A stretch of DNA of 32,233 bases, from contig BDIP01000088.1 of NCBI GenBank assembly GCA_003568945.1, forward strand, positions 1-32,233, written 5' to 3'. Below are positions 11,803 through 22,979 of the stretch, in pieces. The notes beneath the pieces are model-generated. The model saw only the letters and a list, made by a program, of their open reading frames with translations. It was not told the origin of the DNA and did no database searches. The translations under genes and the position numbers were made by a program. The stretch is from Kipferlia bialata. Taxonomy: Eukaryota. Every line of letters begins with the position of its first letter. Positions within the stretch are counted from its first letter, which is position 1.

Positions 11803-14631
11803 CTACCACCTCTGTTGGTACGCAGGAGACTGCGTATCAGGCACAGTGAGGAATACTGCTACGTATGTGTCCATGTATCGTACATGGGGGTCATATGGGA
11901 TGAATTGCCAGCACGGCACATAGGCCCCACCGTTCACCTGAGTGTGAGTCGGTGAAGAGTACATAATGGTGAACTATACCACACTAACCACTCACATGTA
12001 TAACGTCCGTGATATGGGGTGCCACAGCATATGCCATCAGGTATGCCCAGGAGGGGTATAGGGTATACTGCATGGGGTCGAATTGGCCAATGACACTATA
12101 TGTCAGGGTCACACTGTCCATCTTGTGGAAGCCAGCACGGAAGCCTGGGGGTGGGGGATATTGGTAACATATGGAGCCACTGCTGCATATGGATATGGGA
12201 TATGACAGGCGTCTACCACATACCTATATATACCTATATGTGGAGAGTGTGGGGCCGTTGTGTCGTAGAACACATCCTCTGCCAGTAGAACAGAGACTCG
12301 GAAGGAGGCCACCTAGGGTGTGAGTATCAGTACGAGGTAGATGACACATATGTAGGAGAGGTGTTGATATATATGATCCCCCACCTTCTCCCCAGTTGCC
12401 ACTGAGTCTCCCACATACATATCCACAGTGCCTGTAACGTTGGCCAGGAGGGCAGAGGGCAGGACCTGGGGGTGGGGGGCGGTACAGTGGTACATAAGGT
12501 CAAATACTATAGTAGCAATCCCTCAAAGAGGATACACACAACTGCGAAGCGGGTAACAACCCCGTACCTCCGTGACTGTCCCTATGTCATGGTCTATCTC
12601 TATCAACAGGGACACATACTCCTGACTGGGGGTGAGGGCAGACGATGTAGGTAATTGAAAGGATATGCTGACACCTAAGCTTGCATCTAACAACACATGG
12701 CTCCAAAAGTGAGATGGTAATAGACACAACTCCATCCTCCCACCTGTACCCATCCAATGGCACCCCCATGGCTGTTAGATACTCCACAGACAGATAGGGG
12801 AGAAGGTGGGGGTCCGTCACTGTAGAGGGGTTGACTTCACCCTGGGGGTCAGGGGAAGAGAGAGAGATCGGATTTGACACCATTTGTAGGTACATATGCA
12901 TACCTTCAGTGAGGCGTGGTTGGCTGTGTACATTGTGTCAAAGACTACACTGTCTATGAAGTACTGCAGATCATCGTCTGTCTGTAGGAGGGGCAGGGAC
13001 TCGGGTTTCCTTAATGTGAGAAGGAGTGTACTGACAAGCATACGTCTTCCACATACATCGTCAGAGGAGCCAGACAGTATTCTGGTTGTGTCTGTACCTT
13101 GGCAGTGGCACCCCCTCCTCCATCTGTCCCCAGTCCCACATACTACCACCCACGGTGAAGGCTCCCCCGTTCTCCTGCTGTTAGGGGGAGAAGAGGACAC
13201 CTATGTTACAACGACTTTGCAGAGTATGATACGATACTGGAAGAGTTACACTGAATAAGACTACACGTACTAGCACAGGAAGGTGTGGGTAGGACACCCT
13301 GAAGTCCTGGACAATACCGTAGGAGGGAGACTCATACCCACACCCATGTGCCGCCAGCATATCGTTAAGGGCCTGACCAGCCATCTCAAACAGAAGGGGG
13401 GCCAGCTCATCGTTGAAGAGATCCTGAGTGCATTAATGGGACATAGTGAGAGAGGTATACACAGTAGTGTAGAATAGCTTTATATAGCGTCCCCACCTGC
13501 AGGTCGTCCATGAGTGTGTTGAGGATATCCTGGAAGATGGCACCGGACCCAGTCAGCTGGATGTCTGGGGGTGAGGATGGGTGAGTAAGCATCAATAGGA
13601 GAGAGAGGCATGGGAGCCACCCACCTATATCATCCATGGTGAGGTTGAAGTCATGCAGGTCCACCTTGGGCAGACCGTTGGCAGTCTGGCCGGCTGGAGG
13701 GGTGAGAAGAGGGGGAGTATGCAAAGCATTAAGACCATAGCCTCAATACACTTGAGGAGTATTGTAACCATGTGTGTGTGGCATTGTATTAGATTATACG
13801 GGCACACTCACCGACGCGGAACCCCACATTGACACTACCCTCTATGAAGACTGTCCCTGACCCAGAGAGCTCTGTGAAGGGCCACTTAAGGTCCTGGTGT
13901 GGGGGATATGCAGTGACCACACAAGCAGAAGCCCAACTTGACGGCGTAACTCATAAGCACAGGGCTATAGAATGATATTGACATTATTACAATATCATTA
14001 TCACATCCAACTATATACTCCAACCCACCTTGATATCGTACTGGAATGCCATGGTTAAGTCTATCTTGTCTACAGTCAACCGGAGAACAGGGGGGTCTGG
14101 GTCAGAAGGGTCAACACATCCATTCAGTGAGAGATAGAGAGAGAAAGAGGGAGAGAGAGAGAGATGGCACTCACCGCACTCCATGTCACTCCTGGCCAGC
14201 ACGCTCTCTATGTACACATCGGTCAGACTCATATCGGACAGAGAGTAGGTGATGTCGGCAATGCCTGGGGCTGAGGAGAGGGTCAGAGGAGAGTCAGTCT
14301 TGGAGTGCACATCTATAGACCTACACCCACCTGGAATTGTCCCCTCCCCCGTGAGGTCTGGTATAGGCACCCCTGTGATGACAGTCTCGGCAAACCCAAT
14401 GTCGGCATTGAGCATCCTAGTCACGCTGGGGTTAGGGTCTGTACTATATATGTAGTACATACACACATGTGTGTCAGTAGCACCGATATGGTAGAGGGTA
14501 TACACACACACATACACATACCCCTCTTCCGTCATGCCTATGATCATGGCTGTGTCGGCCTCATAGGGTATGGGGCCTGAGGGGTAGGCAGAGCAGGCTG
14601 GGGTGAGGAGGGGGAGAGCTATTAAAAACAT
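11803..14631 (-). CDS. LBP/BPI (TULIP superfamily) secreted lipid-binding protein, multi-exon; 5' end uncertain
   Basis: Exons give AMIIGMTEEG, ITGVPIPDLTGEG, ITYSLSDMSLTDVYI, LRLTVDKIDLTMAFQY, WPFTELSGSGTVFIEG, NGLPKVDLHDFNLTMDDI and DIQLTGSGAIFQDILNTLMDDLQ, matching the BPI N-terminal domain pattern. The last exon ends ...YQQRW* at 11803. MFLIALPLLTPACSA (ATG 14631) could be a signal peptide, or it overlaps an acceptor whose upstream exon is missing. Confidence 0.7.
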
Positions 14632-14654
14632 AGAGAGGTAACAGGAGAAGGGGT

Positions 14655-14698
<44 letters not shown>
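14655..14698 (-). repeat. Poly-C tract (poly-G on +) between the APC10 and BPI-like exons
   Basis: About 44-nt G run. Confidence 0.95.
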
Positions 14699-14699
<1 letters not shown>

Positions 14700-14754
14700 T
14701 CTCAGAGAGATCGACTCCCGACCCATGCGGGTATAGACACAAGTGACTCCGTAC

Positions 14755-15260
14755 CACTGGGTTTGCCCCGTTCTAACCACAATCTCACAGGGACAGTAGC
14801 TGTCATCGATGGTGGGGTCGATGTACACACCAACTCTAACATGAGAACAGAGGCAAGAGGGAGGGGGGGAGGGGGGGGCAAAAGGCTAAGATAGCATTGC
14901 GTCTCCCATTGATAATCAGACGTTCTCACAGATCTCCATATACCCCAGTGAGAGGAGCATTCATATACACACTCATTCAGACAATCGCGATGAGACTCAC
15001 CTCTTGACAAGGTAATTCTGGTACAAAGTGGTGCTAATAGTGTGGGGGATATCTCCTGTCGTCAGTCATTGAGCTAATAGGGGTATCTGGGAGGGTATAC
15101 GAGATGGAGAATGATGTAGATAGACAGTGAGTTGCATACCCTCGCTCTGCCAGAATGTCTCCATGTCCCCGTCTACCACAGACGCTATACCATATGCCGG
15201 GCATGCACTGGTGGCACTCCAGCACCCATCCAGGGTCAGGTTGACTTCAGGCCGCTCCAT
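14755..15260 (-). CDS. APC10: Anaphase-promoting complex subunit 10 (DOC1), N-terminal half only
   Basis: Three exons give MERPEVNLTLDGCWSATSACPAYGIASVVDGDMETFWQSEGDIPHTISTTL...RVGVYIDPTIDDSYCPCEIVVRTG, matching the APC10 pattern WSLSSxKPGFGVxxLxDxxxETYWQSDGxQPH...DESYTPxxIxVRxG. The C-terminal NHQNGRDTH region is not seen. Confidence 0.85.
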
Positions 15261-15502
15261 AATAGCTCTACTATAAAGGAGTGCTGTGGGCCACAGCCTG
15301 TGGCCACTGATCGGTTTTTGGCAAATACTTGCCTGCACCCTTTGGAAACGTGCCACTTAAGGGGCCTTTTGCGGCACTGCCTCTTTAGCACTGGTGAGGT
15401 AACTGAAACTTGTCAGTCACTGAGAATAGGACTTGGCTGTAAGAGAGAGGTTGTGACCTTGAGTGTGAGGGAGAGAGAGAGTACAATTGGCTCCAGAGAC
15501 CC

Positions 15503-15627
15503 ATGAGCCAGAAGAGCCAACGGAGTGTGTTTCCGATTGTACGTAGGTCCATGTGTATATCGCTATCATGGGTGGCCTCAGCTCAGTATGATAATGTGTG
15601 TGTACTGAGGGGTACTAACCGCCTTAC

Positions 15628-15676
<49 letters not shown>

Positions 15677-16954
15677 TTCTTCCTCCTCTCTCCCTCCCTT
15701 CCTTTCCTTCTCTCACCCCAGCCCATCCACTGCAACATGTTCAACACCACGCACGGAGGTATGGGCTACAATATATCACGTTCCACTGTCAGTGTACTAT
15801 ATATCAGGATTATCTCAGTTTCGTACCTGCCCCCACCCCTAGTACCACCCACTGTGCTCTCCTTATCCCAAGATACTTGCTATTATGTATATGTATCTGT
15901 ATCCCACCCCAGGCCAGCTGCTGAGGCTGATGGACGAGGCCGGTGGTCTGGCATCCCAGAGGGTCTGCAACTCAAGGTGTGACATGCATGCATATCTGTC
16001 ATCACTCATAGCTTACTACTATACTCTCAGCATACTGGCCCTTCATACCAATACAGTACACGCAGCCTCCCCCTCACCCCTCTGACCCTCCGCACCAATC
16101 CAAACCCTCTCTCCCTCACCCCCCAGGGTTATGACCGTTGGCACCCACAACGTGTCGTTCCTCAGGCCTGCCCTCCTCGGGTACTGTCTGGCAGTCAAGG
16201 CCACACCAGGTGGGTGTATATCAATATGTACATTCCCCCCTGGTCTGATATATATTAATACACTATTAGTATTCATTAGCATTGTTAGTATTCATGCCCG
16301 ATGCTGTGTCTGACCCCCAGTGACTGTGTCCTCTGGTGCTGTGTGGGTGCATGTTGATGTCCATGCCACAGAGCATCTGGAGGAGGGGGAGGGGGGACAG
16401 ACACCCACACACATCATCGAGGGGTGGTTTGTGTACCTGCCCGTCAATGTGGAGAGAGACCCAGAGACAAGTGAGTGCCGTGTGGTATATTCAATGAGTA
16501 TGTGTAGTCATATAGTGGTATACATAATATGTCTTACCCGCAGACGCTCTCTGTGCCAATGGGAGGTCCCACACTGCCCGTAAGGTCACTCTGGTGGTGT
16601 CAAAGGTGGGTTAAGTATGGGGATATATACTTCAACCTGTGTCGTACTATCAGCCAAGGTTGAAACATATGCCACTTCTCCCCCCTGACCCCCAGGCTGA
16701 CACTGATATGGTGGCAGAGGGAGAGGCCTCAGAGACACAGGCCCAGGTGGAGCGGTATACCAGGTACGGCTGTCATATGTCTTTATTATCTAGCGTGTCA
16801 ATCAATATACGTCTTTCTATGTAATAATTAATGTATTACGACCGCGTGTCAGTATCACCATTGATTGGACACTAACTAACCCCCCAGACTGCAGAAGGAG
16901 GCCTCTGCCCTCATATCCAGCATGAAGGCAATAAGGGAGATGAGGAAGGAGTGA
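15503..16954 (+). CDS. Hotdog-fold acyl-CoA thioesterase (YciA/ACOT-like), multi-exon
   Basis: Spliced PIHCNMFNTTHGGQLLRLMDEAGGLASQRVCNSRVMTVGTHNVSFLRPALLG matches PxxxNxxGxxHGGxLLxxMDxxxxxxAxR...VT...xxFxxPxxxG. Ends ...MRKE* at 16954. The first exon lies across a poly-C tract. Confidence 0.8.
15629..15676 (+). repeat. Intronic poly-C tract
   Basis: About 48-nt C run in the first intron of the thioesterase. Confidence 0.95.
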
Positions 16955-17125
16955 GGGGTGGAGGTGGATTGGTCCACTTACATGAATTAATTGAGAATAG
17001 ACTCAATATAACATAGTATTTGTGCCGAGATGATCACTATTGCAGCAACTCAGTCAGTCACTCTCAACCAAACACTACATCACTCATTTACTCGGGAGTC
17101 ACCTCACGAGACTTTGGGGATATAC

Positions 17126-20100
17126 CTAATCGGGACAAGAAGACTTGTATAGAGTCTCCCACATGTCCCTATTGGCAATGGCCTGATTTATGAGAAGGAA
17201 TATGCGGTGTATTGTAATGAATATGGAGCTCCAACGACAGTTAGGTTACCTGCTTTAGAAGCGGTAGCATCACTGCTGCAAGACACTCAATCTTGTCTCT
17301 CAGGGACAAACGCCGAACAGAGGCTGGTGTTAAGTGTTGGTTGAGTAATTATGCTATACTACTAACCACATGATTTTGTATTCTGTCCTCACCGAGATAG
17401 GGGATCACTGTATCCCTAGAGAACTCCAGCTGGCACGTGTACATAATGATCTTGGGATCAACCAGGGTCTTGCGTCTGAGGGGCACTATCAACCCTGCTT
17501 TAGCCTCCACCACCCCACTACCTAGCGACTGTCTAGTTCTATCCCTAGCAAACCTATGGGCTACATTCCATGGTCGAGCTGTATTGCATGTTGGTGAGAA
17601 AACACAGAGCTAATGGACCATACTTCCAGAGACTATGAAACACATGTATTCTCCCATACCTATTGTAGCCACCGCCGCTATAACCTTCCCCAGCAGTAGC
17701 TGGCCCTTGCTATCCACTGACTCAGGGTGGTGGAGTGATCTCAACAACTCATGTGTGTCACCTGCTGGGCCTGCACCTGGCACACGCTCACACACACAAC
17801 TGCCTCTGACTATATATCTCAGGCTGTCAATCGAAGGAACATTGGTCGACCTCACGATGTCCTGTAGATAGGGTTCAGTCCATAACGGCAGCTTACGTAG
17901 CAGCCCAAAGTGCCTTAGGAGAGAGAGCATCACACTCGAGGCCTAGTGTTAGACTGTATATCATATACGGCGTATATAGAGTAAGGCTTAGATCCCATCC
18001 GCACCTGATTCTCATACGGGGCCTCTGATCCATGCAGTGACGCTAGTGGGTGCATTGTGTTGGCAATGTAGTCTCTGGAGAACCCTGCTCGATCAATGTT
18101 GCGGCTGACGACTGCTAGTAAGAGCAGGAAGCGACAGGTAGGGGTCATGAGAGCAGCTGTGTGGGGCTGGGTGTGGAAGCGGGATGACGCTTCCACTGCT
18201 ATCTGCAGCATATCTAGAGTGTGTACCCAGTTGGTGAAGGGGCAGTGGTGGGATAGAGACCGCACATAGAGGAGGTACTCCGCTACGTCCTTGGGGGTCA
18301 GATCAGGGGTCTTGCCTATACGTGGATTGTTGTAACAGAGTATAGCTTTCATATGAATGATCTTGTAAATTCTCATACCTTTAATGTACACTGTGTCAAG
18401 ACGTGGTACTTGTGCACCACAAACACGTAGAGGAATAGGTAAATGAAGGAACCAGCTCCAACAGACTCTTCAAAGGAGTGGGCGTCGAACTCGATGGAAG
18501 TCATTGCTCTAGCATTAGGGGGGAAGATAGAGAAACAGAGTTAGTCGCAGTCTGCGACTCACAGATGCTATCGTACGAGGTTCATTGTGGAGCCAGTATA
18601 CGACATACCTTGCGAGCTGTTTGTGTGTCGACTCAGTCGCCATCAGGCGATTAAACCGCGATAGTATAGCATCACACTGAGTGTAAGAGGGTAGACGGGA
18701 CGCCACAAAAGGCTACATATACTTGCTTGAGTATTGAATGGTGCATCGGCAATGTGTAGGCTACGCCAGACTAATGAATGTGTGGCACGTACCTCAACAC
18801 ACAGATGCGAGTATGAGTGTGTCAGGCAAAGCCGAGTTGTAACGTCTAGGGGAAGTGTAAGGCTGACTTGAAGCTGTGGGATACCCAACATGAAGGACTC
18901 CACCAAGCTGATGTCAGCGGTCTTCAATCAAAGTTGGGTATTACTCCAATCAGTATGGTATCGAGTCTGAAACTCCACCTCAGTGTCCATGAGTGTGACA
19001 GTGATTTTGAATATGACACACACTACAGTTGACTACCTAGTTCCTGTATCATGGTCTAACCCGGGTTGCACTGGGGGTTCACGATATCTGTAGCAATGAG
19101 TAGGCCAACAGTCACTTGGACACCGACCACTAGGGGGAGACGATCCACCAACAGACTGGTCCAGTTTACATCTGGATGAGTAGTGTTGGTACATTAAGTG
19201 TGTCGAATGCAGAATACAGGATACACTACCTGAGGGATAGAAGGTCTACTGCAGAACAAAAGACCCCCCTCCACTCCTGTCTGGTGTTTGTCTCTGCCCT
19301 TGGCTTCACATGGGGTACAAGGGGTCTAGAAGGGTGAGATGCGTAGGTGCCTAGTAAATCATGAGAGTGCCCCACACTTACCCAGCGCTAGGAAACGGAC
19401 CGCCGGGTCGGTCACATAGTATCTCATTGTATCCGCCGAACAGAACGCATTCAGTGTCTATCCAGCGAACAGGGTATCCAATTGCACGGACCAGCAGGTA
19501 CCTGAGGTTAGGAATGAATCGGCAGTTGGTGCACTGCAAACTTAGTATTTTGCTTGTTTGGATACGCATACCTTGATGCTTCCCCTCTAAAGCGTACCCA
19601 TGACCGAAACTGGACTTGGTATGGAACTCCGTCTATGAGGCAGCGTTCCAATGCAGCTACACACAGCTCCGCGTCACTGGCCTCAATGGTGCCAAAGCAT
19701 GCATCTTGAATCACTTGCTCACATCTCTCGTCAGAAAGACCCATCATACGAATCCACTCCGTAGATAGCCGAACCTAAGGGTCAGAGTATGAATGAAAAG
19801 TAGCTGTATGTGTCGTAGTGTTAACATGCAACCGATGTAATCACAGGTGGAGAGACACATACCTGCTTGGTAGCAGGGTTGATCAACCATCCCCCTACAT
19901 AACACTATGGCTTGGCCCGAACAGACAGAAGCTCTCTCATCATGCGTGGATTCCACACTACTTGAGGGGATGCTTTTACGCTTCCCTCAGTGGCGATGGG
20001 TGAGTTGACAGATGGGGTCTCTTTGGTGGAATGAGTGTCCAGTAGCGATCCTGAGTCACAGAGTCCAGAGGCAAAGGAGTTCTCAATGGAAGACGGTATG

Positions 20101-22645
20101 TACATATTCCGAAGACCTGTCGTTAGAGTGATCACAATCAATATAACAGTAATGCGTAACTAGGCACTCTCACTCGTCTTCAGACTTACTGGGTACCTGA
20201 TGGTTTAGATGCATAGGGTCCAGTCACAGGGGAACAGCCAATTGATGATGATGAGAGCGCCTCGGAGCACTGGTCAGCACAGTCCAGAAAGCGCATCGAG
20301 ATGTGTTCTGCTTCACTGCGATGTTAGCGTGTCACCCAATAAAGGGAACAACAATGACAATTGTTCGTTAATATATATCCAACCTGTCATGACACAACCC
20401 GAGACCGAGTGGGAAGTCCTCAAATGGGTCTGAGGATGTTGAAGACGAGTCTAGATGACTATTAGGGGAAGGTGTGTAGTTCAATCCCTCGTCGATGTTC
20501 ACACCGCGCTCTCCTCTGTGTGAGGTTGACCAACAGAACTATAGCAAGTAGTAAATAGCAGAGCTGTTATGGGAACAACAGTTACCTGGCATATGCTTTC
20601 TCAGCGGCTGACATGTAGAGTTGACTCGACACTATGCTACGTGTCAGCTGGCGAAGAGACCTAGTTGTCTCTATCACTGCTGGGTCACAGCAGAGCTCCT
20701 GAGAGTTTGTAGATCAGAAATGTAGTCATAGGAGTATCCATACCTTGCCACTTATACACGGTGGGATACACTATAGCTACACAGAGTATATCTAACCTTC
20801 ATCACAAGAGACAGTTCATCTGCCGGCGTGGTCACATCAAATGGCCCTAAGTTGCCTGACTGTTCTCGGGACAGAAGCAAAGGATTCATAGGAGACACGA
20901 CGTCAATCAATACCCTGCTAACTCTACTTGTAAGATAATTGAGAAAACACACTACTGTGTTTCACATGTATGTAGGGTGATTACTATGGTGTGTCACCTG
21001 TACAGGTAGCTGCTCGCGACTATGCCGTTAGGACTAGGAAAGAGCCTGGTCAAGAACCGCAGCACAGCTAGATAGATCAGATGCACAACTGATATGCGAC
21101 ACACTAGGGTACGTCTCAGATCCTCTTGTGTACACGTCTCCGCGAATCGATGAGTAAAGTCTGTGTCCTGCAGAAGGGATAGGGAGAACCTCCTCATAAA
21201 TGTCTCTCTCCCAGCTGGCGGTTACGTGAGGTGTGCTGTTAGAGATATATCTGTATACTTATACACACTGCCTTCTTACCTAAGTCGAGTGACGTGGGTG
21301 ACGGTACCGTGAGTATACCCCTACCCATTAGTCTGTAGATGTAGTAAGAGAAGGTGGAATGATCAATATCCTAGTGTCACACTAGGCTAGTGTGACAATG
21401 AGTCCGAACAGCCGATATGTTCCAGTCTCGTGTCTCACATACCGGGACGTTCTCCAATCAGGTGACATCTGCGTTAGTCTTGGTTGTATGGAAGACAATG
21501 TGTATCAGTTGTCTTCTGTGGCTAGTAGCTACAAACCTTAGGGATCGAAGCACAAGCAACGTCACATATTCCTTTGAGAATGGTAGGATACTCTGGATGT
21601 GTTCGGTATTCCTGGGCTCTCGTCGTTAGGTACACTCTGATAAGGTAGCTAGACAGAAATTGTAGCATTAGAAGTCAGGGGCTACACTATGCATACCTGA
21701 TGTAGTGGTGCACTGCCGCAGCCATCTTGCTGGAATGGTCCTGGATGGACTTGAGGTCTCCCCTATAAGGGGCACAGGTCTGTGCGACAGAGAGAGCTAG
21801 AACAGGCTCATAGACGAAGACAGGGGGGCACATTACAGAGAGGGCGTCGAGTAGGTAGATGAAGGACATTGTGTGTGAGCAACTACTAGGGCTCTGACAC
21901 GATGACACTATGAGGCTAGACATAACAACATTGGTCCCAATGATTATCCACGTGACTAATGCTGTACTGGTACGATGCAAGAGACCCAGTAGACCGAAAC
22001 ATACTCTGACGTTATCAGGTGGTACTATCTTTTAATGTACACGCCAAGAAACTAGGATAGAGGAGAGTAAGTTACCTTGGTCCTCTTCTTGCATACGATA
22101 GCCAGTCGGGTGCAGCCAGTATGATTAAGCCAACAACACAGTCTGGAACCATTGATAGCACAACAACAGCACCACATGTCGCAACTGATAGGTACCCAAG
22201 GCTGGCCAGAATGATACCAATGCATCCCAGCAGGTGGGCCAGGTGACTGACCCGCAGAATACTAGTGACGGTGGAGAAGAAACGCATGTCTGTAATGTAC
22301 ATCTTGACGGAGAATAGGATCACTGACATCAGAGGCATTGCTAGAACACAGTATCACTATAGAACTACAAGCAAACCTGCGTGCTGTGACTGTTGGAGCA
22401 TGAGCATGCCCATCCGATCTAACAGGTGGGTAGAGGAGGCGTAGTGTGGCAGTGCCAGCACTGCACAGACAACAAACACCCACAGATGTACGTTGGCCAG
22501 GTTGTTCCACCTCATCTTGGGTGAGGGCTTGGTTTAGACTGTCAGTTTCTATTGCGGAATGAAGTCTCACTCCACTCTGTGTAAGGGACACCTTTACGGA
22601 GGGGTGTTTGGGAGAATTGACACTCAAGGCATCGTAGTGTATCAT
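17126..22645 (-). CDS. Multi-pass membrane protein with PAS/PAC domain and degenerate class I cNMP phosphodiesterase domain (copy A); start may be 22515 or 22645
   Basis: Several hydrophobic exons (22500-21000). PAS-like VGGWLINPATKQ..MMGL..FGTIEASDAELCVAALERCLIDGVPYQVQFR..YLLVRAIGYP. PDE-like CPFTNWVHTLDMLQ..LLLAVVSRNIDRAGFSRDYIANTMHPLASLHGSEAPYENQ..ARPWNVA..CQLEF. Ends NRDMW..CPD*. Confidence 0.75.
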
Positions 22646-22979
22646 TTCTTCGAAGGCTTCAACTGACACCAGTAAACCGATCTTTTTGAACACTGAGGAG
22701 ACGTTAGGGTCTACAGTATACAAACCTATATGGAGTCTTCTCTCCACTACATTGGAGAATTGTAGAGCATCAGAACGTTAAGAGAAAGTCTGGGATGATG
22801 ATACCAATCAACCTGGTTGCAAGCGAATATGAAAGCAGCCTAGTGCAAACACAAGCACCTGGAACACGAATTATTTCGCATGCGCAATGACTTGTTAAGT
22901 GACAAAGCAATGACAAGACAAACGACTTCATTAGCAGGATATACAAGTAAATACGGTGGAAGGTCATTTCGGTGGTACT

